DNA of 63,329 nt, counting the filler, from Perkinsus chesapeaki ATCC PRA-425 (taxonomy: Eukaryota > Protista > Perkinsozoa), in assembly GCA_013115145.1 (NCBI GenBank). It is 9 parts of 9 records of this genome, joined end to end, with 100 filler letters (N's around TTAATTAATTAA, not from the genome) between each part and the next. Parts side by side here need not be neighbours in the genome. Positions count along the whole stretch, not along the records: positions 1 to 25,410 come from JAAPAO010000527.1; 8 more parts are not named here. One strand, written 5' to 3'. The position numbers and the translations under genes were made by a program. Below, piece after piece: positions 1 to 12,484 of the stretch. Each line of letters begins with the position of its first letter. The stretch's first letter is position 1. Under the pieces are notes generated by a model that did no database searches, was not told the DNA's origin, and worked only from the letters and a program-made list of their open reading frames with translations.

Positions 1-1449
1 GGTCTATCCAAGAGCACCTCGGTGAGGTCACTCCGGTGGCTCAATCCGATGTACGCAGAACTGCATCTGTGTACATCGAATTTGATCCGCATTCTTTTCG
101 TCTATGCAAACGACAAAGCTCATCACAGACAATTGCCAACTCAAGAGTCACAAGCTAAAGAGCAGAAAAGTGGGTTCGGTGTAATTGGTTATATATCACA
201 CAGGCGCATCTTCCAGCATTTTCAACAAAGATGTTTGTGCAACAGTACAAAGCGCTATGTATGTGGGTCTGCTACCCCGTGTCTCACTGGCTGCCGATAT
301 TTCATTCATTCACCAAAGTTTATACTCTCCCATTGCAGAGCAAGCCCCTTGATGAACAGGCATCACGCGGCTGGACATTCTGAATCATTCGAGGGGCTTA
401 CACATTTGGTGTCTGAAAGGGACACTTTCAAGTGTTTGATGATTGACAGACTCGGAAACAAAATCCGAGTAGTTATTAATGATAATAAACCTAGTCTTGA
501 GTCTATCGGAAGATGTTCAAGGAAAATTCGCTCCCAAATGCAGGTTCAATACATGAAGATCCTGTAAGTTGGACCGAATCTAATTAAACGATTTAGTCTA
601 AGAGCAGAGTTCTCCCGTCTATAACGCGGTGAAGCTTCGTCTTCTAATTCCTGAGTTCCCGGACCTTTCACGCCATATGGGGGTTGCTATTGGCGGTGAT
701 CCGATTTGATGATTTATTTATGAACCTCCGCACAGTCTCCGCTTCTCTACCCAACTATGATGACCTATTCGATGCTTGTGTACGAAATGGGTGTATCATG
801 TCTCCCCGGTGATGCTGAGAGATTTGTTGATTACCGCCATGCTGCCGCGCAAGGGCCGTAAATGACACTGTCATTATGAAAGTCCCCCCCGCGCCGCCTT
901 CTTTCACGCCCCAATAGGCGTAACCGCACTATTCTCGAAACTGGAACTCGATGCCGAAGTGTTGAACACGAATCATCTCAATCTTTCGTATGATAGCTGT
1001 TGACTGCGTCTGTTTACCTCGTTCGCATAGCGTAGCCTGGCGTACGAGTCTACATCGCTCTGGAACGGTCGGATGCTTACTCGTTCTCTAGGATGTCAGT
1101 ACGAGAGAGGCGGGCGGGGCTTGTTCTTGTCCGACTTGGAGCCTCTGTTGTACCTTAAAGGGAAATGGCAGCGCAGGCGACAAGGTTGAGCATTCTAGAA
1201 TGGTTTCCTATCAAATCAGCACCCATTCCTTACCTGCAAGTCTGGGCCACCTTGTATGTGCTGTTGCAAGAGTTGAAGGTGTCATGAAAGACTCCCCGCG
1301 GTCTTTGGTGCCCCTGGATGGTACGCTATACCGCAAAGACTGCACTCCGAATTCGTCGGTTGTCACAGTAGGCCTATGAGCCGAATAATCAGTCTGAGAA
1401 GTGCGAGAAAAATAACAGGCTGGCATCGACTCCAGAGTCTACTTTTACC

Positions 1450-3400
1450 AAAGCCACGCAGAGCAATTTCTTACTTTCCGTTTGCTAGTAGCTGACAGCT
1501 GCGAATACCGTCGTGGATTGCCAAACTCTGCCCACACTCTTGCCGCTGACTGTTGTGACCTCTGCGCGCTGAACAATGATCCCCGATCCCAGGGTCTTCG
1601 TGCCTCTCCCAGGACCTTACCTAGTAAGGTCATCGAGGCCCGTTGCTGACCGCCGTATAGTTCCGTCGCGCCCTCCTCGACGACCGTCATCGGCCAGATA
1701 TTGTGTTCGGCCCTTCGATCCTAAACGCTTTCAACCTTAGCAAGTACTTCCTTTGCCTTATCCCATCACCTCCCGCCAGCAATTCTGCCATCTGTTCTCG
1801 TAGACCTTCATTTTCCAAGCGTAAATCTGCGTTCCGTTGTGCCATCTGGAGTATGGTCATATTCGCCCTCTCAGTAAGAGCGTTCAGAGCATCGTTGCAA
1901 GGTCGATGAGGACTGAGATGTTGTCAATGCTGAAGCCAGATCTGTCATGTCTTTGATATCGTAAACAGTGACAGCAACCCGATGGAAGCTGTAGAATGAA
2001 ACCTTCCTTATATTGCTGTAACAATAACCGATGCCAGCACATTTCTCTATGTAACGATTTTTTTTGTTCAACCATTACTCAGAGCCTAATTCTAATATCG
2101 CAGTGGTTGATGAGGCATTACAAAGAGCTCACCAAGAGCTTTAAGTTGGTATCTTACTTCACTCGTGACTCTCACGCGCCAAAAAAATATGAGGCGTGGG
2201 CGCTTCTTTTCGCATCACCCTGTATTTGCGTGGGCTTCAATGCTAATAAATCCCATTATCGCACGGGCAAGCAATAGTGCCTCAATTTGGTGCTACAGAA
2301 TCCTTCGCGAGATGTCTATGATGAGCCCTGGTATCCTTTTTGCCTATTTTTACTATCTAGTACTCGGGAAGGTGGATCGTTTCCCCTGATCAATCCTACT
2401 TGGTATCCTGTTCACTCTCAGGTATGGTGGTCGTCGTCTTCTTGAGTCCGCCACGCCCACTCGACAACAGGACATTCTCCAGATTGAGCTTATCAAGAAC
2501 GTTCTTCAGATGTCTCATTTGTTTAATCAACCTAACGCGTACTAAATACGACCCGCTTGCATTCAGTCCCTCACCGTGCCTTATCCTTCCTCTCCTTTTG
2601 TATCTGTTTCATAAGGTCAAGCTCTCCCTTCTCGGTCCTGACGGTAGTCCATCTCGTAGATGTACTTGGTCCGCTGTCGGGTACGCTCGGAAGCGATCGA
2701 TTCCACTTGAGAGCAAAGTCGAAGTATATTGCGCAGCAACGGTTACCTTCTCTCTTGTTCTGATGAGCCCCTCCAAACACTCCTGAATTTCCTTGGCTAT
2801 CGGATCGGTACTCTCTTCTTCAGAGTTGTTTCCAATCTCAGCACATATCCCCCGAAGGCACGATGTGACGGACTAACAGGTGCAAAATAATAAGTGACCC
2901 CAGGAATTCACAAGGTGGGCTCCGGACTCACCTCAAGGTCTTCCTCGGGTAACCTTCGTCCAAGAGAATCATCCTTGATATGAAGACCTGCAGGACCAAC
3001 GAGCTAGAAGCAAGAAGGCCGACGCAGAGCACGTGCCTTGCATGGCCCTCGATGGCTCATCAATGTCGGTGAGGAACTCCGCCTCGGCCAAGTCGTCAAG
3101 GTTCACGTTGCCGAAGAGATCTACCGGCAGGAGGATCAGCGGCGCGTTCCCATCTCGGCAGTTTGTAATTTACCATTTGTGCTATCTTTCCCTGTTTCGG
3201 TCATACAGCAGCTCAGTTGTAGCGGAAGGAGACAGGAAAACAATCTCTCACACAAATCGTTATGTACTCAACTTTGCCTGAATGAATCGAGCAATCAGAT
3301 CTTAGTCAGTGATTGAGAGCGGTATGAGCATCCTGCTGGGCCAGGAGGGCTTGGCCCAGACTGCGAGGCACTCCAGTGACGCTGCGAGCGTGCAAGGTAG
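1450..3400 (-). CDS. Multi-exon gene, coiled-coil-rich protein of unknown function (boundaries approximate)
   Basis: Minus-strand exon-like segments with GT/AG edges, e.g. DLMKQIQKERKDKAR|gtgag followed by LIKQMRHLKNVLDKLNLEN; ALTERANMTILQMAQRNADLRLENEGLREQM; DGNAPLILLPVDLFGNVNLDDLAEAEF. No family recognised. Confidence 0.45.
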
Positions 3401-3626
3401 GGGACTGAGTTGTGCCTTGTCACTACGACATGATTTCGATCACCCAGGCTGTTCTGTTGGTTTTGGATACGTCCACTAAGCAGATTACTCACCACTATTG
3501 TGGAATTCAGGAACTATTGAGAACCTCACACCAAGCCGTCCACGCACACCAAACATGCAGCCCCCCCCCCGGTCAATTGACAACAGTAGAACAGGTACTT
3601 AGTGAAAATTCCAACAGTGGATAGCC

Positions 3627-6600
3627 TCAGCTTTGTTCTCGTGACCAAAGGCAGAAATCCTTGAAGGCAAGCCCCTTGTAGCTGTAGAGCGGAATGTACC
3701 TAATGGATACACTCCGAGCTCGGCAACTGCTCATTTGGTGACCTACATGCTCCGCTGAGGAGACCGCGATGCACCAGCGTCGAGCATGGGCTCGCAAACT
3801 AGCTTCTTCGTGAACTCCACAGGACTCTGCTCGCCAACGAAGAAGTCTACAAAAGCATCGGATTGAGGGAGGCGCTAAATGGATAGAGGATGGGGTTACC
3901 GCACGCCGACGGGTCCCTGTATGTCGAGAGCTCTTCTTTATTCATGTCATTGAATTCTGGGTGAATTTCAGATGTCGTCGTGAAGTGTCTGGGTAGCTGG
4001 CCATGAAACCCGGCTCTGAAACACAGATATTATCAGCACGCATAATAGCATTGAAATTACTGTTGCCCTTTCTTGTTATAAAATTTCTTCACCAAAGGAC
4101 CATATCCCGCAGACTCCTCGATGCTGGGAGATGCGAGAACTAGCAGAAAGTTGATCAGATTTCCTGTCGATTTTCTTTTCTTAGCCATATATCTGGCCCA
4201 CTATACACTAGAGCAAACATACAGGAAATAGGTGATACTGCTTTTACGGATTTCCCGTGATGGGAGCCCTCGACTGCTTAGGGCCTTCGCGGATTGCCCG
4301 CGTACTAGTAGGACATAAAGATAAAGAGATGTTCAGTTTTTACTCATTGGTTTGCAAGTTGATCGAATTAAGTAAATCCGAGACTATCACTGCCAGTCAA
4401 ATCCTTAAAGTGATGCCAGCATAAAGATGCGCAGCGGTAGCTCACTTTGTAAACTCCAACCTCGCTCCCTGTGGCATGAAAAAGTGTGAGTAAGATCGGT
4501 ACCAATCATCACCCATACACACCACAGCTTCCGGCTGCCTCGCAATGATATCGTAACTGGAAGTCCATTGCAATCCATACCGCTCCGCTCACTGCGGCTG
4601 ACCTTTTCTCCCACACCTTGGCTGGTCCGCCGTAATATAAGCGCAACGCCGCTATGCGACTAGCAGAAAGCAGGAGAACGGCGACGACCGCTGCTTTAAT
4701 GCCGTATCGACGGAGCTTCGTGGTGCACGTGAGATGCTTGGACTGCTTAAACCTGTTGAGATTGTGATAAAATTAAAGACAATTGATCCATTCTGTACGC
4801 GTATGATGGGTATGCTGACTCTAAAAAGACCGCTGCACAGGCCACAATACATGGATATATCTGAATAACAATCAACGATGAGATAAACTCCAGCACCTAC
4901 CGGGTAGAGGAAGCGCTCTTCCTTATGTGCTAGTTTCGACATCACCACGAACCAGAATACCTGCAGAAGAAGAAGGCTACATATCCGGAGAGAGCTGTGG
5001 GGGAGGAGGACGACCATGGGGAGGCCTATTGGCAACCATCTGCCAATTTTGTGGTCAGCGAAGTACCACAGGGAAAGATACGAGGCCGGAAAGCAGAGGT
5101 TGAAGTTAAGCAGGCCATTGAGGATATAATAGTACCTACTAATCACTTTATTACCAATATATTACCTCAATTGCAGCACCTCAATACATTTGTATATTAT
5201 NNNNNNNNNNNNNNNNNNNNNNNNNNNNNNNNNNNNNNNNNNNNNNNNNNNNNNNNNNNNNNNNNNNNNNNNNNNNNNNNNNNNNNNNNNNNNNNNNNNT
5301 TTTTACGCCACTTCCTCAATACATTTATATATTATTTTTACGCCACTTCCTCAATACATTTATATATTATTTTTACGCCACTTCCTCAATACATTTATAT
5401 ATTATTTTGATGTCACTTCCTTCTACCCCGTTAAGGGCTTACCAAGGCTCCACTCCATAAAGTTGGGAAAGATTCCTCACAGAAAACCCGAAATTGTAAA
5501 GAGCAATATTCAGTGGAGCTAAAACGAGCTTGCCATAGTAGTGGTAGTCCACAGCAACTGACAAAGGCAATCTGAAACAGCGGTCCGGGAGGCTCTTACT
5601 TATCAGTCCGCAAACCATCGCCAGGCCCAGCAGTCCACGGGAGATAGTGTAGAAAATACCACGAGTGTATCTAACAGTAGCTCCTCAATGGCCTTCTTCA
5701 TCAGTCAACGAGCCTTACATCACCGATGGCACCATTACCAAGTAGATGGCACTGGCGAAGGGCCATGCTGTCGCGAAGGCACCAAATAGGGATACGAGAA
5801 TGCAACCGAAATCATCTGAGGAAAACATATCTCGGGTATGTTAGTAAGAACCTAGTTGAAGTCGCGCAGTCCGTTGCTTAGCGGTTGGCTTAGCTTTTTC
5901 CGTGGAATTCTTATTCAGCACGGAATGCCCATGAAGCAATCCGTGCCGGTGCCTTAAGGAAGGGTTTACAATAGATACTCTCCTTCCTTCTCCATTCCAC
6001 CGAATGGTTTATGGACCGTAAACATGTATTTATTCCGCAGTTCATCAGCAACCCTTACGCTTCTTGAAATGAAGGTAGTTGGCCAGCATAAAACAGCACA
6101 TGAAAAACTGAGACGGTAGGACCGCCGGGGAGGCTTGGAACCTAACGTCGCGTTGATGTGAGTATCTTGTGTCAGTGTTACATCCCAGGAAGGACTATGC
6201 TCAACCAGAGATACAGCGCGGCGGTGGCTTGGCCCCACATGGATCGAATCATCTTGGAGAAGCGATACCTATACAACAACTACGAATCATTCAGATGATG
6301 AATGCCCACAACTCAGATTTGATCCGAAATAGTGACAATGTTACGAAGAAAGAGCGAACTAAAGCTCGCCATAGACTAATGAGTCCTGGTAAGGGACGGA
6401 ACACTACGGCACGGCATGCTTCTGCATGCCCCGACTCCAATGCCCCACGAGCTCTTTGATAGTATTCCCATTCGATTGAGAATCTAGAACTTCGGCAAGA
6501 ATTTTGCAGCTAATGAAATATTGGTACCCAGAGCCATACCGAATACTGCGTACAGGAGCTTAAGTAGCAATATACTCAATAACATTTTATAACAATATGT

Positions 6601-8062
6601 AAAAAAGTTCTACTGCACTTCACCTTTACCAGCTAAGCGTCGTCTCGTCTTCACCCCCACCTACTCGCATGATGCACAGAATGCTGCATTACAAGCCCTA
6701 ACAGCATAGAATACCATCGGCTTGGTAAACCCAGGTATAAGGGAGAATATATGTGCAATAGTGGCATAGATTGAGGTGTAGACGTAAGACCTCAGACCAT
6801 ACTGTGGACTGTATTCCCATGTCTGAAGGGCTGGACGGCCGTAGGACTGACAAGGAGGAGCGGTGTAACATGTGATTAGGAGCAGCCAAAACAACAAGTC
6901 GTTGAGGAGATACACACAGTACGTGTCATCTAGAAATGCGCGCCAAAGGCGGGCAAATTTTTCGCCAGCTAGATCGAATTTCGCCTTATTTCCTTTTCTG
7001 TCGAGTTCTACGACCTCGATTACCCATAAATCCAAGCTGTTTTCGTGCCGGAAGACGCGACGTGCTTTTCCATGGTATATGCAAATGAGGACAGTATTAA
7101 TATACTGATTAGCTATATACAGGACGAGTTCACTCCGAATTGTACTGTCCAATATAATTTACTATATTGCATCAGTGCGATCTTATTTTCCCTTGCAACC
7201 TCTCGATAACAAATCCAAGAGAAGTTTGAAGCATCTTTTCATTCTATTGCACAAGTGTAAGGAACGACTAATGTAGTTTATGGTTTAGCAATATTTCCCG
7301 ACATATCACAGTGAGAAGAGCGGGGAAGATGTACAGTGCAAGGAAGAAGGAGGAGGAGGAGGAGGAGGAGGAGAGGGTAGCAAATGACTACTGTGCCCAC
7401 GAGCCAGTTTACTGCCTTGGCAACGCCCAACAAGTAGTTACATGATTAATAGTATGCAATATGACAAGTAGCTTGTGCGTAAAGTGGAGCTTTATCTTCA
7501 GTAATCCGCAAAGTGAACACTTTTCAGATTTGCATGCATATGTCGTATCTCTCGTATATGTGGTGGTGTAATGAACCATATTGCCATATTTTACAGCCAA
7601 ACTCCAGCTTATAATCGTATAAATTATTTCCACTGTACGACTAGCGACATCATTCACAATTGGAGTCATTTTGTGCGTTTTAATAGAACAAGATTGAAGA
7701 CGTAAATCGGTCGAGTATCCTATTGGGTTATATTGTGTTATCGTTATATCTTCTTCATTGTGAGGATCTTACTGCATTAATACTCAACACAAAGATACTT
7801 GCAATACCACTCTACCTGAATATGTCATTACACATTCAATAAATTTATAAATCTGTGTACAAATGTTCATACTCTACTTACCGCCGCACCGTCTCAATAC
7901 AACTCCATACAGCGCGGCCCCGCTACTCACCTGTAAATGTATTGGTTCCCAATAATTGAATGTCTCATCACAATCATCAATGACAGCATATCTGGCTGCT
8001 AACAATCGAGCCACCAGTAATACGACAGCACCAGTTTTGAACCACCAATCGTGACGAAGCAT
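3627..8062 (-). CDS. ALG9: Alpha-1,2-mannosyltransferase ALG9 (multi-exon)
   Basis: ALG9 motifs occur in the correct order across exons: DDCDETFNYWEPIH (~7930), LQTWEYSPQYGLRSY (~6800), GMFQASPAVLPSQFFM (~6100), AWPFASA (~5760), HKEERFLYP (~4910), VCMGDDWYRSYSHFFMP (~4500), FNDMNKEE (~3940), MLDAGASRS..MYIP; TGA at 3627-3629. Confidence 0.9.
5160..5410. repeat. 35-bp AT-rich minisatellite in an ALG9 intron, spanning an N gap (5201-5299)
   Basis: Unit cgccacttcctcaatacatttatatattattttta at 5306, 5341 and 5376; a related copy lies before the gap. Confidence 0.9.
7348..7373 (+). repeat. (AGG)n microsatellite in an ALG9 intron
   Basis: About 8 tandem AGG units. Confidence 0.85.
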
Positions 8063-8164
8063 CCTGCAAGCACTCTACCAACTCGCTAAACCACAGCGAT
8101 AACTCAACTCCATCCAGGAACGAACAACAAGCAGCACTGTTGGTAAAATAACAGCACATAAGAT

Positions 8165-9818
8165 TCATGCGTTGCTAATAGGGACGTGGACCTCCATCTC
8201 AACACTGTTCCCTTTAAGATTCTCTCGCATTTTCTTCAAGTCATAACGAACGCCATTAACCTGAAACAGCAAGCCTCCTGAGGGACACAACTCGCTGTTA
8301 GCTTACAGCTGTGATGTAGGAGCCTTCCCTCACTTTGACACCAGAGGACTGGGTTTCATTCCACTTGTCTAGGAGCTGTCGACGGACAATGCTTATCACC
8401 TACAGCGAGATTCTACTAACTTAACAGCGAAGACGGTATTAATGTATGCATGAAGTTGTACAATACACCTTCAATGCTCATATTAGAGATCATATGGCTC
8501 AACATTTTTTTATTTTTTCCTGGCTCAAGAAGAGTCATGCTGATGAAACGTGATTGGATGATATATCGCAATATGAGGGATCCAAGCATGCGACACACAA
8601 AATGCATTTTTAAACGACTTCTAATTTGGCAGTCGGTTAATCACGGAATATAACCCCTACAACAGATAAACCGGTAATAACTGCTGTTTTTCATGACCGT
8701 TTCGCCAGATTCAATCAATTCCGAGGCGCGTGTAAGACTGTCTCTGACCACGACAATGACAACATACGAAATATCACACTTCATCGATTACCGCTCTTGA
8801 CCGGTCGGTAATATCACATTCGAAATAATGTGATATTATTGCATACCTCAAGACAAGCAGGCGGCTCTGAGCCGCATTCGCCTGGAGGTGGCGGCTGATT
8901 GACAAACCCAAACTTGTCTCCTTCGATGCTCTTACTCAACTTAACGATAACCATCTTACACAACGGTGCCGTGGGGGGCTAACAGACAAGAGCTTTGTAT
9001 CTCGAAAACGTGCGCCACGAAATTACCAGTGGGTGTTTGTTGTGCTTCGACGGTCCATTCTCAGGAACGTTAGCCTTGACGCCTGGAGTGCTCATCACAC
9101 GAATCGAAAGATTAGGGTCTGGACCTGAGAGCGGCAAATACTTTTGAGGAAGAGCGGAAATCAATTAAGAGTCAGCATCCGCATTGGAGCGTCTTGAAAG
9201 CTGCATTATAGCTACTGCACGATAATATGAAGGCAGCCATAATACAATACCAACATGTAAATAAGATAGATAAATCATAAATCATTTTAAACTACTTTAC
9301 GAAGATCAATCATAAATATCCAGATATCAGTAAATTAGGGCAGAAGAATTACGAGCGGAAGAGTTTCCAATGTTAAATAGTAATAGAGCTGATAATATCG
9401 AATATATCGATACCATAGCTCGTCATTATTATACAAAACATATATCGAGATATAATAAAAATATAAGTTGAATCGAGAAATATTTCGCGAAACTTTGAGC
9501 AGGCTGCTGTTGCCTGCGCATTAGCGAGGAGATGTTCCAATACCCACCTTCGTAGAATGAAGCCATTGTATTTTGTGGAGTCATCGCCGCCGCTGGCGCC
9601 ACACTGGACTGGGCCGACACATAACCCCTCCTGGGCAAAGTCGAGTTTACACTGGCAGCCGCCGACATTGATTCCCTGAGAAGATGGAACCGTCCCGAAT
9701 GCAAGATATTTACACCTTACTTCGCTGAAGAAAACACTTCCTCGGCGATCGTGTCCTCCTCGGCAGGGCCGCACATCGCCCTTGTTGGCGCTGCACAGAT
9801 GGAGAAAATACCCGACAT
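8165..9818 (-). CDS. PDZ-like domain protein (multi-exon)
   Basis: Exons MSGIFSICAAPTRAMCGP..., VIVKLSKSIEGDKFGF..., VISIVRRQLLDKWNETQSSGVKVREGSYITA|VNGVRYDLKKMRENLKGNSVEMEV...NA* joined at canonical GT-AG sites. The pattern matches a PDZ fold (GF loop; I.AVNG). Confidence 0.65.
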
Positions 9819-11420
9819 GGAACTCCCAACCGGAGAAGTGCTTGAAAAGACCAAGAAAATGTGAAACGCAAGAGCAAAGTATCATTCATCGAGACTCGCA
9901 TGCTTGTTGACATGATCAATTGCGAACAGCACAACAGGCTTTGAGGAATCCTCGCATCTTAGCAACTGTTAAGAATAATAGTAACCGCCTCCACATTTTC
10001 CGAGGCCGGAGAATCCAGGAATTTCCTCTCAACGCGATAAGCACTTTTAAAACGCAGGGCTATTTTTCCAGACGTTCCGAAAATCCTGACCAGTATCCGC
10101 AGTTTCTTTCCCCTAGCACCTAGGGGCACCAGGGAGGAACGTCTTGCTTGCCCCACACATATTTCAGCAGTCGATTGATAAAAAAATAATTTTCACTTTC
10201 ATCACAAGGAGCGGCCCAAGTGAGCTAGAAAGTATCTTTCCATCACCTTACAGCCCGAACCGCTCCACCACCGTTCCTACGCAGTTGCTCCGTGTCAAGA
10301 TCCTCCAGACTAGTAATATTAGTTATCGTCCCTGAAACCAATAATGCCGTTGACAAAGTTTAAGGGAACCTATTCCTTTCAGCCAAGAAAAAATTTCCGA
10401 AAAATTCCCATTTTTTCCACAGTGCGACTTGGAATACTTCAACCGACCCAACTCTGCAGGTCCAATGAGTACCTATCCTCTCCATCGACCCTGGTACTGC
10501 TTGAACCTGCTTCATCTGCCCTTCATCCAACTCCAACCTTGGTGTCTGTATGACCATACCTTACCAAATAAATTTCCCTCTAGACACTGTACTTCACCTT
10601 ACATCTGCTATTTCCCCCACCATCACCTTCACCCCCCAACTGCTTCTTTACATGCTTCTTGTACCTACGGCCCGGCTACATCTCATCGCCTCTGGAAAAA
10701 AGCATCCCCGCTCGCGCTGCTCGTAGGTATCGAAAAGATGAGCTAATGCATTCACTGTTTCTCCCTAGTAAACTTGCCCTAATCCTCCCTACCAGAATGC
10801 ATCTATTTCCTTAACCTGGTTCCTATCATTTGGATCATAAACCAATATCACACCATCCCAGTCCATCTGTATCTAACTACACCTCATACCACTCCCTTCC
10901 CCCCCCCCGCAGTAGACCCATACTAATACCGGCCAAAGAAATGCGTCCCCCGGTGCTGAGAAAGAAGTCCAAAGCCCAGCAGTGCACACGCTGCTCTCAC
11001 ATATTCTCTTTTCATTTCGACCCCGCCCCACATCTCACCGCACGGTAACACTTCTCAAAATCCTCGGCACTCCCAGAGACATCCCAAAGCTCCACAGCGA
11101 CTAAAAAAGGTAGAAAGACAACAACACGTCACCTCAGACTACGTAGGCATTTCGAAAGGATTTCGCTTCGCCGCGGACGATCAGCGGGAGAATGTTAAGT
11201 TCAACCGAGAGCTGAATCGATCCCGATTGACATTTCACCAGTAATACTCTGTACCAGTGGTACAGTACCACACCAATTACTCGCCAAAGTTTCGGAAATG
11301 CAGTTGGACTGGACGGCCAAAGTGTTGGTAGTAACTAGATCTTCGGTGCGAAGGGCCGGAGCTCGCTTGCATTGTATATTGATAGTCTGCCTCATTCAAG
11401 GCATCGAGAAAAAGCGAAAA

Positions 11421-11495
11421 ATGTTTGTTGTGGGATTCGAACCTTGGTCACTCAAGTGAAAGCCACGAACGACCGCGCACTGCAATTTAAGCTCT
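11421..11495 (-). pseudogene. tRNA-Glu(TTC)-like degenerate sequence or tRNA-derived SINE head
   Basis: Minus strand reads ...gttcgtggCTTTCACttgagtgaccaaGGTTCGAATCCcacaacaaacatttttc: B-box, Glu-type anticodon loop and T-run are present, but the stems pair poorly. Confidence 0.35.
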
Positions 11496-12484
11496 GCTCG
11501 CTCCGCGAACTAAACAATTAATCATCAACAACTCAAACGTCACTAACAAGGAACCGATGGTCGTCCCCTTATAACCGTTTCATATCTGACCTTGTACTTT
11601 TAGTATGTATTACTATATGTTCAAAGATTGTCACTCTTCTCATTTCAGAACAAAACTCTCAAAATTGGCCGAGAAATAAAATTTTTCGCGATTTGCCTAA
11701 GGAAAATGCACGGTCCTTAGAAGAGAGCCCCCTATAACCCTACCCTGGGCCCAAACTCACCACCATCATCAGTTTCAAACTCCAATATCCTAACTGCAGT
11801 AGTAGGAGAATACTCGTTGCTCAAGGCGCCGGCCACCTCCGCCAAGGTCTGATATCAACCGAAGACCGAACGTTACAGCTGGGGAGGAAAGGGATTTAAT
11901 GCTTTCTTTTAGTGTAGGAAACACACATCTCCCTCTTCGGTGCTTCCGAGTGTAAAAAAACGCAAAAACGAAAGAATTCAAAAGAACCTTCCTGAAAGTT
12001 TCCTACTCTGAAAACAGCAGGCTTGAGAGTATAAGCCCACCCTCCTTGACTTTATAAAATTCTCTTTCGCTATGAATGCAGCTACCCTGTCATTGACTGC
12101 CCTATTACATTTGCTATAGCACTCTTTCCAGCCCGCCTCGGCCCCAACACTGCTATCTTCATATTAACTACGACTTGAGAAAAGAGCGGTATGACCTTTA
12201 TACCTCCCCCTAATGACAAGCTCAACATATAGTATATTGGATACGTAATGGAACAGCAGCAGTATAAGCAGTAATAGGTGGTAAAACGTTAGTAACGGAA
12301 AGAGCGATTTAGTGCATCGCTCCGCTGTCCCCCATCACAATATCGTCATCAAGACCTGATAACACAGAGTAACATTATTACCACAAGACAAATTATAATT
12401 AATATTCCCCCCTCATACTCTCTCTAGGCGAATGTACCACTATATACTACTTTCTCCTATCCTATAGGTAATAATAGAAAGCCA

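Noticed and set aside
22-567. 181-aa plus-strand ORF and many short track ORFs antisense to real genes
   Set aside because: No motifs; most are shadows of coding sequence on the opposite strand.
8515-8530. tggctcaag resembling the 3' end of a perkinsid spliced leader (also tgagccaagat at ~44024)
   Set aside because: Only 9-11 nt match, which is expected by chance; no full SL relic was seen.
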